Of a stretch of 64,000 nucleotides of DNA, positions 26,226 to 38,375 are shown one piece after another (positions within the stretch are counted from its first letter, which is position 1; each line of letters begins with the position of its first letter). Below the pieces are notes generated by a model. That model ran no database searches, had not been told where the DNA came from, and was given only the letters and a program-made list of their open reading frames with translations. This DNA comes from Marsupella aquatica (taxonomy: Eukaryota; Plantae; Marchantiophyta): positions 2,533,324-2,597,323 of the forward strand of contig OZ316891.1 of the NCBI GenBank assembly GCA_973895155.1, in the 5' to 3' direction. The translations under genes were made by a program, and so were the position numbers.

Positions 26226-27492
26226 ATATTGTTCTGGTCCCCCATTTTGGAAGGTCACTTTGTTGAACTGGTCATAAATTTTTTTATTCATTTATTGTCC
26301 AAATCTAATGACTACTATGGTATATAAATTGATAGGTATAATTTTGTGCCAGTGAAACTCACTCCTCACTCATAAGGGATTGTCCATTCCAAGAGAACAC
26401 CTATTTTAACTTATTCACAAACAAAACCTATCCCATGTATTCAAGAGTATTGTAAAAGTGATTGTTGATAAGTGTGTCAGTGGCCCGAAAGGTGATTAAA
26501 GAAAGAGTACAGTAATTTTTGAATGAAAGAGGGGTACAATATGAGCTACAGTAGAGGTACACTATAATTTCATCTTGAGTGTAACTTCCGTTACATTTTG
26601 AGTGGAGCTATATATAAGTTGCCACAAATGGATCTCAAACCTGAGGAACACTTTCACTAGTACACAGCAAATAGTCCCACCATGAAGGAGTTTAAAATGC
26701 AGGTGGCATATGCTCCTTGGGTTTGTGAAGGGTCGAATGAGTTTCCCCACCCATCTCGCCTCTCACACTCATGCATCAAAAGCTGTTGGTCCCACTTTGA
26801 CCATTGAGTGCAATTGCCAAAGCCTCTCTACAGACATTCTGTAGCGCCCTGACCCCTACCTGGGGTCCAGGTACTGACCTTCTCCCTCTATAACCCCGTT
26901 GTATGTTTGCTTTGTATGGCACCCAGTAGCTCCTTGAGACCACTTATGGATCTGTACCATGTGATTGTGTGTAGCACCATCGGCAAGCCTCAAAACTGGC
27001 ATGTTGGGACCATCCAGGTTGGAAGCCAACCAAACTCCCTTATGTTTCCCTTGAATATGTCAATGCTTTTGTGTTACTCTCCATCCCATGACACTCAAGA
27101 TAGCCGTGATCAAATGAAATTTGTTGCTAATGAAATATGTTTCATTTGATCACGGCTACTCCGGACGGCTACCTGATGGCTTGTGAGGGTTCTTAGAATA
27201 TGTACTCCCCTCATACATGCTTATGGGGACTTGTCATCCATAAATTACTTTGGTTCTCTATCTTTGGCCCCCAACCCGTATCTAGTCGGGCACATGACTT
27301 TTGACCTGTGACTCTATCAACAATGCAACACATAGCATATATAGTGATCAGGTTGGTCAGGAACTCATGATGGTGTCCTGAGCAACCACTCCTGACTACC
27401 CTTAAGGTGCCTTCTTGGGCGTAGGGGGTGTTTCTACATGGAGCGCAGGACTGCTGGTCTTGGGAGGGAAAAACACTGGACCCTGATGTTGG

Positions 27493-27495
<3 letters not shown>

Positions 27496-27535
<40 letters not shown>
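27496..27535. repeat. (CA)n microsatellite
   Basis: About 20 consecutive AC units. Confidence 0.95.
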
Positions 27536-27537
<2 letters not shown>

Positions 27538-27648
27538 TCTTGGTCCTTGAAGGGGTCACATGTGGGTTCATGTCAAATGTGGTGGTCCATGGGAGATTCA
27601 GTTTCTTTGCCTTGAAAGCCAAAGCAAAGCCATCCAACAGAGGATAGT

Positions 27649-30600
27649 TGCTCGGGGGTCTCACTATATGGATGTCTCCCATCACCTGCGACATTTTTAG
27701 GCCTCAGACCCCCCAAAATGTAAGAAAAAAATATTTTTCAACCCTTATAAAGTTGGAATATTCCAAAATTTTGGTTATAAGGACACTAATGTTCTTATAA
27801 GTCTCAAAATTTAATTTAAAAGACCATCTTTTTCTTCTCAGAAAATTCTTAAGTCTTCCCTTTGAACCAAAAAAATGACCCTGTACTTTGTCGCACGCGA
27901 TGTGTCATTTTTGCAAAAATGAAACCCCCAAGGATAGTTACGTTCTACTTTGGAGTTTGCACCACTATAGGGTGCCCACAAGGGGGACAATACCCAGGGG
28001 TCCAACAGGAACCCATACCAGGAAGGAGAGTGGGTTGTACAAGGACCACAAAGCGGCCAGCCAGAGGTGGAGGAGAAACCAGGAATCCCACCACTACACC
28101 CCACCCACACAAACACACACATACCCTCCACGCCCCTTGCGTATGGAGGGGGATTGAATCTGGGACCTCTCGGTTCTAGGCTAATCCCCTGGCCAACTGG
28201 CCAGATCAATTGGTAGATTCAATTTCATTAGATGAACACTTCAAAGACGTAAACTTTGATGACACATAAACATGCATTATCAGTACATTGTAAAAATATG
28301 TAAATCATTATTTGCTTTTATTTCATAAATTACAAACAAAAAAACAAAAGATTCTTGAGCGAGGCTCTACTTAGACAGATGTATTCATTTGTGCCCATGC
28401 AGGACACCCTTGGGGGCCTCACTCCAAGGGAGGTCCCATATCATGGGCAAAGTTTTCAAGTAATAAACACCCTAAAACCTGGGCCTAAGACTTAAGAAAA
28501 TAATGTAAATTTATACTATTTTTACCTCTAACTTTAAGGAATATTCTTACATTTGGCATTAAAAACCCAATAGTTCTTATAATTCTCAAAATTACATTCA
28601 AGCACCCCTATATTTCTTCCACAATTTTTTTAAGTCTTTCGCGCAATTAAATTAAAAAAACCCCTAACTTCTTTGCGCGGGATGGGTGAGAATGGGTGAT
28701 GGGTGGACCCTGGGAGGACACCTTTGCACATTAAATTGGAACTCAAGGCTGCACATGCTATATTGACATTTCTCAATTCATGAACTTTAATTCTCAGTCA
28801 GTGATTATTGTACAGGAAACAATAAGGCTTAGAATGTTTAGCAAAACTTAGAAGATTAGAATCAAGGGAAAATTTGTGTACATCCTCAGAAATTTGTCTT
28901 ACTTATAAATGAAGCATCCCAGGGTAAGTTTTTAACATTCACAAGGGTGGCGGATGTTATCTTGTGTCGTGGAGAGGAGATGCTAAGAACATTCCTATAT
29001 ATAGGTAGTAAATTTCCTACTTAGTGTAGTTCTTGCTCCTATGCACCATTCAGAATCATTTCTAAAAGATCCCCACCCACTATGTATCATTTTCACTATT
29101 TGAATACCTTGGAAAATCAAAAGACTATTTGATGGGGACTCTTGAAATGCAAAAAATATATCAGAAGACAACAATTGGCATCTGGACTTTTGACATGCAA
29201 AATGTGTTTCACCCACATAGGTTTCCAAGGCATTAATAAGAGGTTACCCCTTACTAACCGTCCTCAGAATTAAAAGGTAGACAATTTGATGGGAGCTCTT
29301 GGAATACAAGATAAGTTTCATTGACATAGCCTGGTCAGATGGCCAATTGAGAGAGGTGGCCCTACCAGCAGGTCGTCTAGCAGGATCTGGCCTTGTATCC
29401 CACTCCTTTTAGTGAAAATAGCATTTCTCCCCCCCCACTTTTCACCCCATTTGGAGACTAATATATTTTCATCTCAACTTTCAAGATGAAGAAAACGAGG
29501 GCTTGGTCTGTGAGACTTTTGGGATCAAACACTGTAGTCTGTGAGCTTGAATGCCCATTCTTTGAATGTTAATTGAAATGATGACAAAAATCATCATGCA
29601 TGATCATTCATCATTTTGACATACATAAATTGTTTGAATTTTTTCCCATCCACATAAATTTTGGTGGTGCCCTAGAGCCACAGTCTAGAGGCTTCACTCT
29701 ATAACCTAGACACCTCAACTCTAGCTTCTCATTGCGATTTATTAGTAAGATTAGTGCATCATCAACCTACCTACTGCCATAAACAAAATGGCTAGCTCCA
29801 TTGTTCAATGAGGTGGGAGAAAGGTTGGTGACAATGACCTAGACAGTAGTTTGGGATCCCATCCAAGGTCAAAGGTTTTGATGGAGAGCCCACTTGAGCT
29901 TATGACTCCATTTACTCACAAGAATGACAATGTTCTTGAATGCACTTATCCATGGTTTGGACTTGGAGAAGCTGCAGATAAACATTCATGAGCAAAGTGA
30001 ACATGATTTCTAGACAGCAAGAGTGTTGTCTGTCTATTTGTGTGTATGGAGAATCTAATTCTTCAACATACTTGAAACGTTTGCCCTTTCAAATTCCGTG
30101 CCTTTGTTTTGAGTGAGAGCAATTATAGATACTTTGTATTATGTATTCTCAACAAAGCAGTGATGAACATAGGCATGATTGGAAGTTAATACAGACAAAT
30201 AAAGATTATAATATCAAGTACAATCAATGACAACATCAAATTCTTACATACCTTCTTGTGGGCTTTCATGGCCCATCAAGTATCTTGGCCCTCATCCTTG
30301 CCATGACCACATCCTACATTCATGTGCGATTGCGTCTTATTTGGGGCACACTTTATCTTGTGGTGGTAATCTGTCACATTTAGGAATGTCCACTTCACAA
30401 AAGACCCCTCTATGCTAAAGATGCACTAGTGACATCATCCCTAAGTGTACCTCACAACACTACAATGTCATCCAGATAGCATGCAAACGCTGACAAAAAG
30501 ACATCGAGCCTCCCAATAACCTCCAGTACAATATATTCTCCCAAACATTGTGACAGGTAAAAGTTGTAGTGACAAAATGTGAAAAATGAACATCTGAACC

Positions 30601-31575
30601 ACAACCTACGAAGACAATTCAACAATGAACGTATGAATTAAGACATTACAGTTATTGTCTTCACATCATTTTTGAAATTTCTGGTGTGCTTGCAGTGTTG
30701 GCCAACCCTAAACAAAACAGCTAACGGTTTGGTCAAGGCACTTGCACTCATGGACAGGTGCAAGTAGACTGCAATTGCAATATACGATTATTCCATGAGT
30801 TGGGCTCACATTCTCATATGCCATAGTACAAAGTACAATGCCCCATACAAGAACATTTCACCAGAAACTATTAGAGAGGGTCAATTGGATAACAAACAAA
30901 CTTTGGGAGTTGATCAAGCAATAAATCATTGTTTGGGGGTCTATTAAGCGTATACCTCCCATATACATCCCATCATCAAAATTAAATTTAAAGGCCTCAT
31001 TGCACATGGTATGAGAGTTTTTAGAAGTGACTCCCTTGTGGACTAGGGTCCAATTTTGGAATGGCATTGGAAGTATAACATTCATATATTATTGCAAGAA
31101 AAAGTGCAAATATTAGTAAAAAAAAGCTCAGAATATTGGAGAAGAAGCATAGACCTTGAGTAACCCACACTTTTCATTTATCCACATTGCACTTATTCAT
31201 GGTTCACTTTTATGCAAATCCCCTATCCATTTCCTTGTCACCCTAGATTTCCACAAGGAAAATGAAAAGGCTATATATCTATATTGCATGATATGAAAAG
31301 TGTATACATGCATTCTGCATGTCTGATGAATAACAGACTATAGTGCACTTTCCATGTGAACAAGTATATGGTCATTTTATTGGTTCTAAGGAAAAACTTA
31401 AGAATTTTCTCACAAGAACAATAGGGTCTTTTAAATCCAGTTTTGAGACTTATAAGAACATTAGGGTTTTTTAATCATAGGGGTTAAAGAATAATTTTTG
31501 CTCTTATATTTTAGGGGTCTAAGGCCTATAGCATGTGATGGGGAGGCCCCATATAGTTACCGAGACCCCCGAGCA
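27649..31575. mobile_element. Possible decayed TIR element bounded by about 200-bp diverged inverted repeats
   Basis: 27649-27860 (tgctcgggggtctc...taatgttcttataagtctcaaaa...gaaaattcttaag) is the reverse complement of about 31395-31575 (cttaagaattttc...ttttgagacttataagaacatta...gagacccccgagca); no clear TSD or transposase. Confidence 0.45.
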
Positions 31576-33089
31576 TGCAAATATTACCGTAGAGCAACAA
31601 AAAGTGCAAATATTAATAAAAAAATCATCACTATTTGGGACGAAGCATGTTAGGTAGTTCCCTAACCTAGATTTTGCATTTATGCATGTTGCACTTATTT
31701 TCAGTTCACTATATTGCCATACACCGCACCACCACCACACTTCCATTTCAGAGGGTGGGAGAAAGATTACGCCTGGATGAGCATTCATGGGAAACTCATT
31801 TATGAGTTGCCCATGGGGCATGATGGTGTATGTCTTCACATTTCCAAATGCTACCTAAGGTGTGCCGATCCACCAAAGTACAAAGTTAAACAAGATTATT
31901 TATCACAACAATCAAGTGTAGCCCAACAATAGCAGTCTTCACTGCCAAAGTGAGTGTTGAGACAATTTTGGATAGCACAATGTCCCATGGAACCAGCATA
32001 TTACAAGCAATTGGCACCGACCCAAGATATGTAGTTCGCCGTGTTTGGGCTATGCCAACAGCCAAGAGAAGAATCACTATGCACAATTGCAGTACATCTG
32101 CCATAGATTGGCAAGTTTGCAAGCTTTTCTATAACTGACAATCCTCTCCTCTCCCTGTCCCTTTCAGTCTCTCACTCCTTAGACTCATATCTAGGTATGA
32201 GCACAATAAAGTGCTCTCACAAGAGTATACCCCCTCTCCAATAGTCTAACCTGAGCAGCCCTTAAAAGTGGTTAGGCTGCATCCTAGTTAACCTAACCAG
32301 CAGCTAAAGTTAAGTATTACTCTCTCATCACCTGAATGGAAGAGTGGGATAAAGAGTCAAATGCCATGACCATAAGTCACTGTAGAGGCTAGTGAAAAAA
32401 AACTAGAAAACCTTTTACAAAGCCTTGTGAAAAACCTAAGGCCATTTGTTTATGGCCAAAAGCCATCATGTGCAACTGTTGTGATTTGAGACACCCTAAC
32501 AGGACCAATTTACTCAGAATTGGAGGTCACACTCTCCTATATCTAAATGGAGATGAATGAGGCCTCGGGTGAGGCAACATGTAAAGAGTGGGCCCCAAGG
32601 GATCTAATAAATGAGTTTTGGAGGAACAATAGACCTGAACTCAGAAAGTGTGATGACATTGATGAATGTGAATCTTGTATATAGCCTGCCCTAAGTGAAC
32701 TGATCGTGGTTAATGTTCTTGGTTAAATGTTGAGCCTTCAAGCTTAGCTTTCCTTGCAAAGCTCATCAGGTGTGGGACCAATTTACTTAGAATTGCAGGT
32801 CACACTTTCCTATATCTAAATGGAGATGGCAAAGGCAACATGTAAAGGCAAATGTGAAGAGTGGGGCCCAAGGGGTGTAGTAACTGAGCTTTGGAGGAAT
32901 CGTAGACCTTAATGCAGAAAGTGTGATGACAATGATGAAGCAGATTTTGTATGTAGCCTGCCTGCTCTAAAGTTAACTGCCCTTGCAACGCTCAACACTT
33001 GTGAGTCGCCCTAGTGGGACCTATTTACTCAAAATTGGAGGTCACGCTCTTCTAACCTAATGGGACCAATGTACTGAAACTTGGAGGTC

Positions 33090-33660
33090 ACGCTCTCCTA
33101 TAGCTAAATGGAAATGGCACCATACAAAGAGTGATCAGGCATGATATAAGAGTGGGACCCAAGGGTGCAAATGGAAATGGCAACATATAAAGGGAGTGAT
33201 AAGGGAACATGTAAAGAGTGGGACCCAAGGGGTGTAAAGGGAAATTGCAACACATAAAGGGAGTGCTAAGGCAAGGCAACATGCAAAGAGTGGGACCAAT
33301 GGGCGTAAATGGAAATGGCACATATAAACGAGGGTGATAAGGCAAGGAAACATGTAATTAAAGATGGGACCCAAGGGGTGTAATTGGAATGGCAACATAT
33401 AAAGGGAGTGCTAAGGCAAGGCAACATGTGAAGAGTGGGATCCAAGGGGTGTAAATGGAAACCAGAACATACAAACAGAGTGATAAGGCATCATGCAAAG
33501 AGTGGGACCCAAGGGGTGCAAATGGAAATAGCAACATATGAAGAGTGATCAGGACACACATAAACAGTGGGACCCAAGGAATTCAAACGGAAATTGGCAA
33601 CATAGAAAGGGAGTGGTAAGGCAATGCAACATGTAAAGACTGGGATCCAAAGGGTGTGAA
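33090..33660. repeat. Degenerate minisatellite, about 60-bp units
   Basis: Recurring gagtgggacccaaggggtgtaaatggaaatggcaacatataaagggagtg; related units at about 32500-32960. Confidence 0.8.
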
Positions 33661-33940
33661 CCAGTGTATTTTTTAAGGTTTTTACATTTTTGCCAGAGTG
33701 GCTAATTCCAGTGTGTGAAGGAGAATATGCTCAAAATATTCCTTATCCAATTATTTTCTTGACCGTCAGATCTCCCTAGATTCAAGGATGAACATTAGAT
33801 TCTGGCTAATGGGACCTGTAATAGGTGAAAAATTGGCTAATGAGACAGAAAAATACCAGCTAATTTTTCCCCAAAATGGGGAAAGCTTTTTGGGGAGGTG
33901 GAGTTTGGTGAATTTTCGCCAGAAAAAAAACAAACGCTGG
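33661..33940. mobile_element. MITE family B, copy 2
   Basis: Imperfect TIRs CCAGTGTATTTTTT ... AAAAAAACAAACGCTGG; homologous to 15545-15809. Confidence 0.6.
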
Positions 33941-34164
33941 TGTAAACCTTACCTTGCAACATACAATCATACAAAAGGAGTGTGCTATAAGGCCAACATG
34001 TAAAGAGTCATGTAGAGTGGGAGCCCAGGGGGTGTAATAAATGAGTAGTTTGGAGGAACCGTAGAGTGGTGAGGTGGTGAGGTGAATGCCCCCCCAGCAG
34101 TGATGACTGCTCCTCTCTACTCCTGCCTGCCCTGCCTGCCGCATTGAATACAACGGGCCTCAAT

Positions 34165-34390
34165 TCACCTCACCTCAACTCAACTCAACTCAACTCAAGG
34201 AAAGGAAAGGAAAGGAAACCTCACCTCACCTCACCTCACCTCACCTCACCTCAAGGAAAGGAAAGGAAACCTCACCTCACCTCACCTCACCTCAACTAAC
34301 CTCACCTCAACTCAACTCAACTCAACTCAAGGAAAGGAAAGGAAAGGAAAGGAAAGGAGGAAGGAAAAGAAGGGACAAAGGAAAGGAAGG
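34165..34390. repeat. Mosaic pentanucleotide microsatellite (CCTCA)n/(ACTCA)n/(GGAAA)n
   Basis: Alternating blocks of cctca, actca and ggaaa visible directly. Confidence 0.9.
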
Positions 34391-35595
34391 ATATTGGTGT
34401 CAAGGGCCCGAAATGGCGACCATGAAATTCGGGCCTGCCTCGGTCCCTCCTTCTGGAAAGTGAGTGGCAGTGTCGCTCATCGGTCGAATCGCCGGATGGT
34501 GGCATGTCGACGAGAGCTGCGTGAAGAAGACAAAAGGGGATTTCGTCGTCGCGCAGCTACCGCACAAGAAGCTGGAGCGTGGAGGGCAGCGGAGATATTC
34601 TCACGGAGAAAGCTATTAGAAAGCTTCGGTGGGTTTCGTGGCGTTTTGAATGGTGGCGACGGGAATGATGCATGAGGAGAGTGAATCGGAACCCGGGAGA
34701 ATATTTCTGCCTACGCCTCTGTGGCAGTACGCATGACGCGCCGTGCTCGGTACTCCGGATTTGGCTGCGCATCTCTGCTCGTAATGAAATGAACGGGAGG
34801 AGGGCGGAGCTTCTGGAGCTGTTGAAGTTTCTTCGCGTTGTCCGTAGCTCTGTCCTCAATTCTACCGCAGGCTTTCCCAGAATTTTGTGTCGCTTGCCTC
34901 GGGTGATTGCATAATGGGAGCTTTATAACCCCCGACCGGGCAAACTTCCGACTGCGGTGGCAGAGCTCTGCAACATTCTGCCTCCTCTACGTGCCGCCAT
35001 TCTTCCCCGATCGCCCGGCCCCTGGCCTGGCCCGGCCCGATTCGCTCTGATTTTGTGGCTGATGATGATGTAGACTGTCTCCACGACAATTTGACAGTCA
35101 ACAAGCCGAAGGTTCTTTGGTGGTGCTCTGGTTTTCGTACCAAATGTTGTTTCGAATTTTTGAACGTCCGTCAGACTCCTGATGTGCGCAACTGTTGTTA
35201 CGATATCAGCACCTGGATATCGCCCTGGCGCGTTCCGATCGGATGCAGGATTGCGATGGAAATGTGTTGTGCCCAATTCCTCTTTAGAATATCATCTGGA
35301 GCTAGCTAGCTAGCTCCGTCGTTTCAACGGCCTCTGTACTCGATTCACTCGAGTACTTGAGAGTCATGTGGTGGACGTACTGGACGTCCACAGCACAGCG
35401 AAAGAAACGGTGCCAAATGCTCTGTCCTAGAAAGTGAAGCTTTCTGTCACAGGACAGGTCTCTTGAGCAGTCCCACGAAAGAGGAGGCCGTAGACGACAT
35501 GGCGAAGAACCGGTGACCAATTTTTATCAGAGCAGGATATTGAACTTCATCGGGGCTAGATCGTCTGAAGAGGTTCTGGTTGTGATTTAGGCATC

Positions 35596-38151
35596 ATGCA
35601 CGCCACAGCGCTGTACGCCGTTGCAGCAGCAGGGGTAGCCTCATCCGCTGGCTGCCTCGGAGGCTGCAAACGGGACAGAGTGCATGATGGAATGCGGGCC
35701 CTCAAGCCGGCAAGGTGTACTCGTATGGTTATCAGAGCTGGACTAGTGGAAGAAATAATTAGAATTAGTAAAGCAGGCGGGAGCATGGTCTTGAATGGTG
35801 CTAGCATTGGGGAACCTATTCGGATGATTAGCGACAGGCTGCCATTCTTCCCCTCGTCTGGAAAATTCGGGGTTATCAATGATAAACCGGATAGACTGGC
35901 AATGGAAGAGCCTGTAATATGGGACCCCTTCAGACAGGGACGGTTGATCGAGAAAGGGCTGCTCTATCGGCAAACATTCGTCATAAGATCGTATGAAGTT
36001 GGTGAAGACAAAACGGCACCGATTGAGACTGTCATGAATTATTTTCAGGTTAGCAACTGCATTTAATACCGTCTGCCCTGTTTTCTTATGATTTCTCACT
36101 TGTTGCAAAGATTCGATGTCCAGCTCAGACCCTTATTTGAGTGCCTGGAGATCTACTGCCCTTAATGAGTGCTCCCTATAGTTGATAAATTCATTTGATT
36201 CCATTGTAATTGTTTTTCAGAACAAGTTGATTAATTTTCAGGCCATCTGCATTCTAGCTTCATCATTGCACTTCAAGCTGTTTCATTGTCTTTGCATGTA
36301 CCGAATTTTGTATCGTCTTCATTCCTGGCTCTGTCACCAAAACTGAGTGATGGTAAGGTTGTAGAGGAGCTACTTTTTCCGAACGGACCTCTCCTATCCT
36401 GAATTCCATGTCTGACGTCGGAATTCTGATGCTCTGCAGGAGACTTCGTTGGGCCACGTGATGCTGGCAGGCATTGCTGGGGACGGATTTGGCACTACCA
36501 AAGCCATGGTGGAGAACGGTTTGATCTGGGTTGTAAGCCGTGTACATGTCGAAATTGATCGATATCCTGTCTGGTAAATTTACTGAGTCTCTGCAAATTT
36601 TCAATGAAATTAATGTTTCTTTCTAGTCTCTGGATATGAGCCAAGCCACACTTCTGACAATAGGGGAATTGTCGAGCCTCTGCGAGATTTTGGTAACTGG
36701 AATTAACTTTGTTTTGAACAACTTCATGCAGGGGTGAAGTTGTCGAATTGGATACGTGGGTTGCTTCTTCAGGGAAAAACGGACTCCGACGTGACTGGTT
36801 GTTGCAGAATGCTAAGACTGGAGAAGTTCTCGCTCGAGCCACGAGGTACCCTGTTCGTTCGGATGACCTTCTACCCGCTCGGGCTTTCCCTTTATAGCAA
36901 TTCACGCTTTAATCAAAGGACCGGTGGCTAGATTTTATTGCGCAGGCAAAGCACTTCAGGATTGTAAATTAATATCTTGTCTGCTCCTACTGATAGGACA
37001 GCAACAACAAGTCTTACAGATTTTAATTTGCTGAAGAACTCTAGCAAATGTTGAGAATGTTGGTTTGATTCGTCCGTGCAGTACCTGGGTGATGATTCAT
37101 CAGCAAACTCGGAAACTGTCGAAGATGCCAGATGCAGCCAGGGACGAGATGTCGCCTCACTACCTAGAAAGACGCGCTTTTGAGAATGATACGTGCCTGA
37201 AAATCAACAAGCTGCAAGACGAATCTGCCGTCTACAAAACTTCTAGTTTGCAGGTCTGTATGGCTTAGCCTGTTTTGGCAGAAGCGTACTTCCCTGAAAA
37301 AGATTCATTGTGGCTTGCCTCTGTCTGTTGCATCTCTGCTTACGTCACCTTGTTTAGTGATGTGTCATCGTGAAAATAATACTCTACTTGCTCCGCAATT
37401 CGACCAAAGCATTGTCGAGAGGACCTTTGCCTGGTTTACTTGACTCTCTTGTCTTTATTCCTTAAGTCTGACTTTCTAAAGCTCTTACGCTACAGGCACG
37501 AAGGACGGATTTGGATATGAATCATCACGTGAACAACGTCAAATACATCGACTGGATGACGGAGGTACAAATTTTTGTAATACTAACGGGACTTGATTCC
37601 ACTGCATAGATGTTCTTTGATTTTCACTTGCCTTTCCATTTGGTTTTCACTTGGAGGTTGGCTTGGCGTGGATGTAGCTGGATGGATGATGACTGTTGAC
37701 TTGTATCTGCGTGCAGAGTGTCCCAGCTCAATGTCTTGAATCACAAGAAATCAGAAGCCTCACCTTGGAGTATCGACGAGAATGTGGCCAGACCGACCTG
37801 GTCGACTCTTTGACTAGCCCAGAGCAAGTTCAGTCTCGAGTATCGACTGGCAGGCACCCTGACATTAGCGATACGAGCGTCGCCAATCCCGAATTCCCGT
37901 ATCTGACTGGATGCAAAGCCTCCATCACATTGCAGAGAAATTTCGAGCCTGAGCAGCGATTCGTACACTTGCTGAAAATGCAAGCAGACGGTGCAGAGAT
38001 CGTTCGAGGAAGAACTATATGGAGATCAAAGTCCACAGCCAGTCACGCTCTTGCGAGTCGAGCGGCGCAAACTGCGACTCAATCCGAGCTTCATGCCACG
38101 AAGACCATCTCGTCCATAGATAGATCCCGCAAAGTCTTTCCCTCCATATAG
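35596..38151 (+). CDS. Plastid acyl-ACP thioesterase, FatB/FatM-like; exons 35596-36048, 36440-36573, 36732-36845, 37082-37253, 37496-37564, 37717-38151, about 458 aa
   Basis: DPFRQG...YRQTFVIRSYEVG, GDGFGTT, LIWVVSR, GEVVELDTWVASSGKNGLRRDW, TWVMIHQQTRKLSKMP, catalytic-region DLDMNHHVNNVKYIDW and LEYRRECG; all introns GT-AG and in frame; internal exons of 134/114/172/69 bp resemble FatB-type gene structure. Confidence 0.92.
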
Positions 38152-38162
38152 ATTCCTCGTAC

Positions 38163-38375
38163 ACCGTACTCATTCATTGCAGTTCCCAATATCGAAACAG
38201 CACACTGACCAAATGCACGCGGCCCACAACCTCGGGAAATGATCTGCTGAATCATGTCATGGAGACTAACCGTACTCATTCATTGCACTTCCCCAGTATC
38301 GAAACAACACAATGACCATATGCACGCGGCCCACAACCTCGGGAAATGATCTGCTGAATCACGTCATAGAGACTA
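38163..38375 (+). repeat. About 107-bp tandem duplication just after the thioesterase stop codon
   Basis: accgtactcattcattgca...tgcacgcggcccacaacctcgggaaatgatctgctgaatca...gagacta occurs twice. Confidence 0.85.
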
